This document shows positions 30,749-36,832 of a stretch of 64,000 bases of DNA, in pieces (position 1 is the stretch's first letter; each line of letters starts with the position of its first letter). The DNA lies in assembly GCA_045615705.1 (NCBI GenBank), contig JAZLFH010000012.1:4417-68416 (forward strand), given 5' to 3'. The notes under the pieces are model-generated. The model ran no database searches. It was not told where the DNA came from and worked only from the letters and a program-made list of their open reading frames with translations. The translations under genes and the position numbers were made by a program. This DNA is from Clostridia bacterium. GTDB taxonomy: Bacteria; Bacillota; Clostridia; UMGS1883.

Positions 30749-32830
30749 ATGAGAGAAGTAAAAATTGCAAAATCGGCAGGCTTTTGCTTTGGCGTGAGCA
30801 GAGCCTTGGGCATAGTACAAGACGGCGTAAAAAACGGTAAAAAGATTGTTACGGTCGGACCTATTATTCATAACAGACAAATTGTTGATGAACTTTTAAA
30901 AAAAGGCGTAGAAATAATAAAAGAAACAAAGGACGCAAAAAAAGGCGATACAGTGGTAATAAGAAGCCATGGAATCACAAAGGCGGAAGAAAATGTTTTA
31001 AAAGAAAACAAAGTTGACTATATTGATGCGACATGTCCTTTCGTTAAGAAAATTCACAACATTGTGGGCGAAAATTTTTCAAACGGCAAAAAAATAGTAA
31101 TAATCGGAGACGACTCGCACCCCGAAGTTTTGGGAATAAACGGCTGGTGCGAAAATTCGGCAATTGTAATTAAAACCGAAGATGAAGCAAAACTGCTTTC
31201 GGGAAGGGAAAATCTTTGTGTGGTATCTCAGACAACATTTGAAAGAGATACCTATGAGAAAATTGTAAAAATTATAAAAAACTCTTGCAAAGATGCCGTG
31301 TTTTTTGATACAATATGTTCGGCTACCGATGAAAGGCAAAAAAGTGCAGAAGCTTTGGCAAAAAAAAGTGATGTATTTATTGTCTTGGGCGGACAGCATA
31401 GTTCAAATTCGAGAAAACTTTTTGAAATATCAAAAAAGTTTTGCGAAAATACATATTTTGCCGAAGGTTTGTGGGAACTTCCCGCAGATGTTTTGAAAAA
31501 AGGCAAAAAAATAGGGATAACCGCCGGTGCATCTACACCGGATTGGATAATAAAGGAGGTTTTCACAACTATGGTTGATGAAAGAGGAACAAGTATTGGA
31601 AATACAAAGGAAGGAAACGCTGAATTGTCATTTGCAGAAGCACTTGAAGAGTCCCTTGTAACACTCAGTACAGGTAAAGTGGTTACGGGTACGGTAATTG
31701 GTATAACACCAACAGAAGTGTATGTAAATTTAGGATATAAGGCAGACGGAATCATTCCGGTGGACGAGCTTTCGGACGATCCCGATGTTAAAGCAGAAGA
31801 TATCGTAAAGATTGGCGACACGATTGAGGCTTTTGTAGTAAGAGTCAATGATGTTGAAGGTTATGTAAAACTCAGCAAGAAGAAGATTGATGCAATCAAG
31901 AACTGGGAAAAAATTGAATCAGCGGCAGAGACGGGTGAGGTTCTTCAATGCAGAGTAACGGAAGCGGTTAACCGCGGTGTTGTTGCAAGCGTATTTGGTT
32001 GCAGAGTTTTTGTACCGGCTTCTATGGCGAGCGAGCGTTTTATGAAAGATTTGACTCCGCTTGTCGGAAAGAAGTTCCCGATTAAGATTGTTGCAATCAG
32101 AGAAGACAGACGCGGAAAGAAAGCAATCGGTTCAATCAAGGCTGTTCTTTTGGAAGAAAAGAGCAAGAAGGCAGAAGAGTTCTGGGCAAATGTTGAAGAA
32201 GGCAAACACTATACAGGTGTTGTTAAAGGAATCACAAGTTTCGGTGCATTTGTCGATGTCGGCGGTGTAGAAGGTCTTGTACACATTTCTCAACTTTCCT
32301 GGGGCAGAATTAAAAATGCAAGCGAAGTGGTTAAAGAAGGCGATGAGGTAGATGTTTACATCATCGAAGCCAATAAAGAAACAGGAAAGGTTTCTCTCGG
32401 TTACAGAAATCCCGAAGATGACCCTTGGGCAAAGGCAAAGGCAACACTTAATGTTGACGATGTTGTTAATGTAAAAATTGTAAGACTTAAACCATTCGGT
32501 GCATTCGCAGAGATTATGGAAAACATTGACGGACTTATTCATATTTCGCAGATTGCAAATAAGAGAATAGGTAAGCCCGGCGATGTGTTGAAAGTCGGCG
32601 AGTGGGTTGATGCCAAGATTACAGACATTGATTGGGAAAAGAAAAAAATCAGCCTTTCAATAAAAGAACTTCTTCCTTCCGAGGAAGCGCCTAAGAAAGA
32701 GGAAAAAGAAGAGGTCGAGGAAGAAACAAAGCAGGAAATATCAGAATCTATTGAAGAAGTAAACACGGAAACAACAGAAGAAGTTACTGAAGAAGTAAGC
32801 AAGGAAACAACAGAAGAAGTTACCGAATAA
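30749..32830 (+). CDS. ispH: bifunctional IspH (HMBPP reductase) / ribosomal protein S1 fusion
   Basis: The N-terminal 280 aa are LytB-like (GFCFGV, TCPFV, SSNS). Four S1 motifs follow, then an acidic repeat tail. It has the cmk-adjacent position typical of rpsA. Confidence 0.9.
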   Translation: MREVKIAKSAGFCFGVSRALGIVQDGVKNGKKIVTVGPIIHNRQIVDELLKKGVEIIKETKDAKKGDTVVIRSHGITKAEENVLKENKVDYIDATCPFVKKIHNIVGENFSNGKKIVIIGDDSHPEVLGINGWCENSAIVIKTEDEAKLLSGRENLCVVSQTTFERDTYEKIVKIIKNSCKDAVFFDTICSATDERQKSAEALAKKSDVFIVLGGQHSSNSRKLFEISKKFCENTYFAEGLWELPADVLKKGKKIGITAGASTPDWIIKEVFTTMVDERGTSIGNTKEGNAELSFAEALEESLVTLSTGKVVTGTVIGITPTEVYVNLGYKADGIIPVDELSDDPDVKAEDIVKIGDTIEAFVVRVNDVEGYVKLSKKKIDAIKNWEKIESAAETGEVLQCRVTEAVNRGVVASVFGCRVFVPASMASERFMKDLTPLVGKKFPIKIVAIREDRRGKKAIGSIKAVLLEEKSKKAEEFWANVEEGKHYTGVVKGITSFGAFVDVGGVEGLVHISQLSWGRIKNASEVVKEGDEVDVYIIEANKETGKVSLGYRNPEDDPWAKAKATLNVDDVVNVKIVRLKPFGAFAEIMENIDGLIHISQIANKRIGKPGDVLKVGEWVDAKITDIDWEKKKISLSIKELLPSEEAPKKEEKEEVEEETKQEISESIEEVNTETTEEVTEEVSKETTEEVTE

Positions 32831-32860
32831 AAAAAAGAGTGGCTAAGCCACTCTTTTTTT
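32831..32860. terminator. bidirectional terminator between ispH/rpsA and the SASP gene
   Basis: The sequence is AAAAAAAGAGTGGC-TAA-GCCACTCTTTTTTTT. Confidence 0.6.
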
Positions 32861-33057
32861 TACTTCATGCGGTTTTCGTAGTCTTCAATCATTTTCTTAA
32901 CCATCTGTCCGCCGACAGAACCGTTTTCTCTGCTGGTCTTGTCGCCGTTATATCCGTGGTTTAAAGTAACGCCGACTTCGTTTGCAGCTTCCATCTTGAA
33001 CTTATCAAGTGCTGCTCTTGCCTCCGGAACTACATTTCTGTTTTTTCTTGTTGCCAT
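32860..33057 (-). CDS. alpha/beta-type small acid-soluble spore protein
   Basis: 65 aa, reading ...ALDKFKMEAANEVGV...GSVGGQMVKKMIE. Confidence 0.9.
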   Translation of the reverse strand: MATRKNRNVVPEARAALDKFKMEAANEVGVTLNHGYNGDKTSRENGSVGGQMVKKMIEDYENRMK

Positions 33058-33120
33058 AATATTTTTACACTCCTTTTATTTGGTTTCGTTCCTATTTTGA
33101 GGCAAAAATTAAAACTTTAT

Positions 33121-33720
33121 TCATTCAATTTTTTCCAATTTATTTACCGACACCTCGTAGGCAGTTCTGTCTTCAATTTCAAAATCCGAAATTTTCTTTT
33201 GATATTTTCTTGATTGCAGTCTTCCGGATATAAAAATGTTGTCGCCGACATCAAAAAGCGAAGATATGCGTGCGTTTTGTCCCCACGCAATGGTCGGAAT
33301 ATAGTCGGAACGGTTAAAAGAGCGGTTAACGGCTACTATCATATCCGTTATTTCTCTGCCGAGAGGTGTTTGGCGGTAGGTTGGAGGTTTGCACAAAAAA
33401 GCGTTAAGTTCAATCTCGTTTTTATAGTCGTCAAACGGGGAAAGTTTTATGCTGTGGCAAAAAACAGTGAGTACAAGTTTTGTTTTTGAACCGATAAACC
33501 TGTTATAAGAGCGAAGTTCACCTATAACGCTTATTCTGTCGCCGGTATTTAACTCATTTGGGATTAACTTTTCGCTCAGGGTAAATGGTATAAAGTCGAA
33601 AGTGTCGCTGAGGCGTGCTACATTCAAAGTACCGTTGTAAAAATGCTCTCCTTTAACACTGTGGCTGTAATTAAGACCTTCTGAAAGATCTCCGCAAAGG
33701 CGGATTGAATTATTATCCAA
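33121..33720 (-). CDS. tandem OB-fold SSB-like protein
   Basis: It has two SSB-like halves, ending ...GELRSYNR... and ...AVNRSFNRSDYIPTIAWGQNA...GRLQSRKY. There is no acidic tail. TTG 33720 with an AAAGGAG RBS is preferred. ATG 33759 is the alternative and would overlap the upstream gene. Confidence 0.5.
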   Translation of the reverse strand: MDNNSIRLCGDLSEGLNYSHSVKGEHFYNGTLNVARLSDTFDFIPFTLSEKLIPNELNTGDRISVIGELRSYNRFIGSKTKLVLTVFCHSIKLSPFDDYKNEIELNAFLCKPPTYRQTPLGREITDMIVAVNRSFNRSDYIPTIAWGQNARISSLFDVGDNIFISGRLQSRKYQKKISDFEIEDRTAYEVSVNKLEKIE

Positions 33721-33733
33721 TATGTACACTCCT

Positions 33734-34489
33734 TTAATTTTTAAATTGTCTGCCCTCATGGTTTATAGAGTAATTGTCTTTGTAAATTAAATCCGAAACA
33801 GTGGTAAAACTGTACCCTTCGTTTGAAAGCGAATCTAAAATATCGCCGATACTTTTTGCCGTATTTTCAGTTCCGTTGTGGAAAAGAATGATTGAACCGG
33901 ATTTTACTCTGTCAAGAATTCGTTTTTTCATTTGTTCTTTTGTGTAGCCACGCCAGTCAAGACTGTCTGTATCCCATTGAATTAATGTGTGGTTTGATTC
34001 TTTAACGGCAATGACACTGTTATTGTCATAGTCGCCGGACGGTGCACGGACAAGGGTTGTGCGTACACCCAAAATACTTTCTGTTACATCATCGCATTTA
34101 TTAATATCAGATATGATTTCTTCCTTGCTTAGTTTTGAATACAAGGTGTGATTATAACTGTGGTTTGCTATTTCGTGTCCTTGTGAGTAAATCTTTTTTA
34201 GGGCATCGGGGTATTTTTCCGCCCAAGTACCTACAATAAAAAATGTACACTTAGCGTTTCTTTCATTGAGTTCGTCTAAAATTATATCAATATCGTCTGC
34301 GTTCCAAGCACAGTTAAAGGTTACGGCAATTTTTTTATCATTTCGTTCAACACTGTAAACAGGGATTTCCTTTTCTGTTGCCGATGCCTCTTTTATGCCG
34401 TGATACGAAAGAGGTACAATCCCTGCGATTAAGACCGTAATTAAAACGATAACAATGATGGCATATTTATCAAAAACAAAGATTTTCAA
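33734..34489 (-). CDS. polysaccharide deacetylase family sporulation protein (PdaA/PdaB-like)
   Basis: An N-terminal TM segment precedes a NodB domain (TFNCAW..., TFFIVG, NHSYNH). Confidence 0.8.
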   Translation of the reverse strand: MKIFVFDKYAIIVIVLITVLIAGIVPLSYHGIKEASATEKEIPVYSVERNDKKIAVTFNCAWNADDIDIILDELNERNAKCTFFIVGTWAEKYPDALKKIYSQGHEIANHSYNHTLYSKLSKEEIISDINKCDDVTESILGVRTTLVRAPSGDYDNNSVIAVKESNHTLIQWDTDSLDWRGYTKEQMKKRILDRVKSGSIILFHNGTENTAKSIGDILDSLSNEGYSFTTVSDLIYKDNYSINHEGRQFKN

Positions 34490-35199
34490 TGTTTATCGCC
34501 TCCGACACATTCATAATATTTTATTATCCCATCGCATATAGATGCCGAAACCCTTTTTTGGTAGTCGTCCGTGTTTAAAAGTGCTTCTTCATCGGGATTG
34601 GATAAAAATCCGCACTCTGCAATTACGGTTGGTATTTTGGAATTTTTTAAAAGATATATGTTTCTCCCCGGGGCTTTTACGCTTCGGGTTTGGTTTTTTT
34701 CATCAATTTTTCTAAACTCTTCTTGAATTAATTCCGCCAAAAGAACCGATTGCAAAAAGTTTTCCGAATATATAACTTCACCGCCACGATATTTTGACTG
34801 CATAAAATTGTTCATGTGAATGCTTACCGCAATGTCGGCGTTCGACTCATTAATTATGTCTACACGCTTTTTTAGGTCGTCTTTTTTCTTTTCACGGATT
34901 GACTCCTTATCGGAGATTCCGTATTCGTCCTCACGAGTCATAATGACGGTAAAACCGCGGTTTACAAGTTCTTCTTTAAGATTGTTTGTAACTTTTAGAT
35001 TAATTTCACTTTCAATCGTTCCGCTTTTACCGACCGCACCGCCGTCAGGCGAGCCGTGTCCTGCGTCTAAGACTATAACCTTGCTGTTTTGGTGAACAAA
35101 GTTAGAAGTGGGATTACTCTTTTTTGGAATTGCTATTGCAACGGCAAAAATAACGGCAATTGCTAAAACTATTGACCTTTTCTTGACAACGAGAAACAT
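34486..35199 (-). CDS. cwlD: N-acetylmuramoyl-L-alanine amidase, CwlD-like
   Basis: It has a signal anchor and an Amidase_3 domain (VLDAGHGSPDGGA...SIHMN...ECGFLSN). Its size and spore-gene context fit CwlD. Confidence 0.75.
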   Translation of the reverse strand: MFLVVKKRSIVLAIAVIFAVAIAIPKKSNPTSNFVHQNSKVIVLDAGHGSPDGGAVGKSGTIESEINLKVTNNLKEELVNRGFTVIMTREDEYGISDKESIREKKKDDLKKRVDIINESNADIAVSIHMNNFMQSKYRGGEVIYSENFLQSVLLAELIQEEFRKIDEKNQTRSVKAPGRNIYLLKNSKIPTVIAECGFLSNPDEEALLNTDDYQKRVSASICDGIIKYYECVGGDKH

Positions 35200-35278
35200 A
35201 AAATCACCTGTGATACAAGTTTATTATTGATTTCGTTGTGATATTCTATAAAATTTTGTATAAAATAAAATAAAAGGC

Positions 35279-35307
35279 TTGCATAATCAAAAAAGATGTG
35301 TTATAAT
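35279..35307 (+). promoter_or_regulatory. sigma-A promoter of tRNA-Cys
   Basis: TTGCAT (35279-84), a 17-nt spacer, then TATAAT (35302-07). Confidence 0.5.
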
Positions 35308-35320
35308 CCCAAATGTTAAC

Positions 35321-35394
35321 GGCACCATAGCCAAGTGGTAAGGCAGAGGCCTGCAAAGCCTTTATCCCCAGTTCAAGTCTGGGTGGTGCCTCCA
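35321..35394 (+). tRNA. tRNA-Cys (GCA)
   Basis: The cloverleaf was read by eye. The acceptor is GGCACCA/TGGTGCC, the anticodon loop is CTGCAAA, the T-loop is GTTCAAGTC, and CCA is encoded. Confidence 0.95.
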
Positions 35395-35395
35395 G

Positions 35396-35427
35396 AAAAA
35401 ACGACAAGTGGAAACTTGTCGTTTTTT
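35396..35427 (+). terminator. intrinsic terminator after tRNA-Cys
   Basis: The sequence is AAAAAACGACAAGT-GGAA-ACTTGTCGTTTTTT. Confidence 0.6.
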
Positions 35428-35640
35428 CAACTAAATCCGTCCTTACGGACGGGTGAAATCGCCTGCGGCGATGAAATCTGCTTCGCAGATGAAATCCGAC
35501 TTCGTCGTGTTAAAGAGGACGGATTTAATTTCACCAAAGCCGAAGGCTTTGATTTCATCCAAAACAAGTTTTGGATTTCACCGTGACGGAGTCACGATTT
35601 CATTAATAATAACAGATATCTATATTGTCTACGATTTTCA
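35423..35640 (+). repeat. modular word/mini-hairpin array, left inverted copy (trails tRNA-Cys)
   Basis: The words GTGAAATC and GATGAAATC(x2), then ATTTCACC, GATTTCATC, GATTTCAC and GATTTCAT, alternate with short hairpins. It is the reverse complement of 36278-36448. Confidence 0.75.
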
Positions 35641-35677
35641 AAAAAAAAGCACTTTGCGAAACGCAAAGTGCTTTTTT
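35641..35677. terminator. bidirectional terminator downstream of the small zinc-ribbon gene
   Basis: The sequence is AAAAAAAAGCACTTTGCG-AAA-CGCAAAGTGCTTTTTT. Confidence 0.6.
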
Positions 35678-35703
35678 AAATTGTGGATAAAAAACATCAA
35701 AAT

Positions 35704-35991
35704 TTATGCTCGGAAATTATGTCCGCATTCGTGACAATAGTAAATTCTTCTTCTGTTTGAAAACCATCTTCTGGATTGCCAAACATGTCCTTTTCCTGAT
35801 GTATTCTTTAAAATAGCCATCCACCAGTCATAACAAATGAAAATCATTAAACCAATACACCATTTTATCATTATCCATATAAAATAATAGATTCCGAACA
35901 AAATAGTCCATAAACAACCATGTTTATTCATTTCATTTGACAGCTGAACCTTTGTACTACCGCATTTTGGACATTTTACATTGATTGCCAA
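35704..35991 (-). CDS. small membrane protein with a split zinc ribbon (CPKC ... CHEC)
   Basis: 95 aa with a TTG start 9 nt after AAAGGAG. The N-terminal CPKCGS and C-terminal CHECGH flank two Trp/Ile-rich TM segments. I recognise no family. Confidence 0.45.
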   Translation of the reverse strand: MAINVKCPKCGSTKVQLSNEMNKHGCLWTILFGIYYFIWIMIKWCIGLMIFICYDWWMAILKNTSGKGHVWQSRRWFSNRRRIYYCHECGHNFRA

Positions 35992-36016
35992 TTTTCTTTT
36001 CTCCTTTGTATTAATT

Positions 36017-36045
36017 AAAAAATGCGTCTACCGAAGCAGACGCAC
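36017..36045 (-). terminator. terminator-like hairpin in the 5' leader of the small gene (possible attenuator)
   Basis: On the minus strand it reads GTGCGTCTGC-TTCG-GTAGACGCAT followed by TTTTT. It ends about 20 nt before the RBS. Confidence 0.45.
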
Positions 36046-36277
36046 AAAAAACGCAAACTCCGATAGTCGCCAAACTAATCATACACAAAATGAGCTATTA
36101 TACATACCTACATTGTGGAGCTTGCTGTTTTTAACAACATTCAACAATATAAGTATGCAAATATGAAGCCCATTTTATTAAAAAATAAAATAACTCAATT
36201 TTGCGTAAATATTTAATTAGTTTGGCATAATTATTGTACCTTCCTTCTTCCTTCTTACATATTACTTTTTACTTTCC

Positions 36278-36448
36278 AAAAATCGTGTATGATATAGATA
36301 TCCGATTATTTTTATGAAATCGTGGCTTTGCCACGGTGAAATTAAATCCGTCCTCTTTAACCCGACGAAGTCGGATTTCATCTGCGATAGCAGATTTCAT
36401 CGCCGCAGGCAATTTCACCCGTCCGATAGGACGGATTTAGTTGAAAAA
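36278..36448 (-). repeat. modular word/mini-hairpin array, right inverted copy (trails the displaced tRNA-Arg 3' fragment)
   Basis: Its reverse complement aligns with 35423-35640, apart from a 47-nt module indel and loop or compensatory changes. Confidence 0.75.
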
Positions 36449-36476
36449 AGCACCGACAAAGTCGATGCTTTTTTCA

Positions 36477-36494
36477 TGGCGTGCCATGAGGGAT
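36477..36494 (-). other. duplicated 3'-terminal 18 nt of tRNA-Arg (att-like direct repeat)
   Basis: TGGCGTGCCATGAGGGAT is identical to 36675-36692, which is the 3' end of the intact tRNA-Arg. Confidence 0.75.
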
Positions 36495-36674
36495 ACAGAT
36501 GCTACGCATCTTGCGTGCTTGCCCACCCAAATGCTTCGCATTTCGGTACCGGGCTTTGCACCAACTTCGCTAAAAACGGTTATCAACCGTTTTTTTAACG
36601 CTCGTTGCCCTCTCAGGGTTTAAGTCCCAATATAGAAACATTAAAGCAGAGAACATAAAATGTTCTCTGCTTTT
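36495..36674. mobile_element. 180-bp insert between tRNA-Arg and its displaced 3' fragment (remnant or miniature integrative element?)
   Basis: It is bounded by the 18-nt direct repeat. It contains its own terminator next to the tRNA and further mini-hairpins (AGATGC-TAC-GCATCT, AAATGC-TTC-GCATTT). It has no ORF. Confidence 0.35.
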
Positions 36675-36751
36675 TGGCGTGCCATGAGGGATTCGAACCC
36701 CCGACCTTATGGTCCGTAGCCATACGCTCTATCCAGCTGAGCTAATGGCAC
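36675..36751 (-). tRNA. tRNA-Arg (ACG)
   Basis: The minus strand reads GTGCCATTAGCTCAGCTGGATAGAGC...CTACGGA...GGTTCGAATCCCTCATGGCACGCCA. Confidence 0.95.
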
Positions 36752-36832
36752 AAATTTTCTACGCAAAAAGTATTGTACCACAAGAAGGACTAAAAAGCAA
36801 ACAAAATTTTGATTTTTTTTAGAGTTTTTTAA

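Noticed and set aside
35453-35510. Possible CRISPR array (regularly spaced GATGAAATC repeats)
   Set aside because: The repeats are only 8-9 nt. The 'spacers' are 9-11 nt palindromes. The orientation flips mid-array, and there is no leader or cas gene. This is not CRISPR.
35423-35640. Retron msr/msd or integron attC
   Set aside because: No reverse transcriptase or intI gene is in the window, and the architecture (multiple word-spaced mini-hairpins) does not fit either.
35423-36448. Invertible promoter/gene switch or autonomous IS/MITE
   Set aside because: Long inverted repeats are present, but no invertase, integrase or transposase is in or near the segment, and no target-site duplication flanks it. 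Each arm continues outward into a tRNA-terminator context, so the arms are better explained as two facing tRNA trailers. Inversion remains possible only through a recombinase acting in trans.
35335-36623. Track ORFs 35335-35586, 35453-35734, 35981-36166, 36314-36598 and 36441-36623
   Set aside because: They run through tRNA-Cys, the hairpin arrays or the tRNA-Arg fragment. They have no RBS and low-complexity, repeat-driven translations. I treat them as non-coding.
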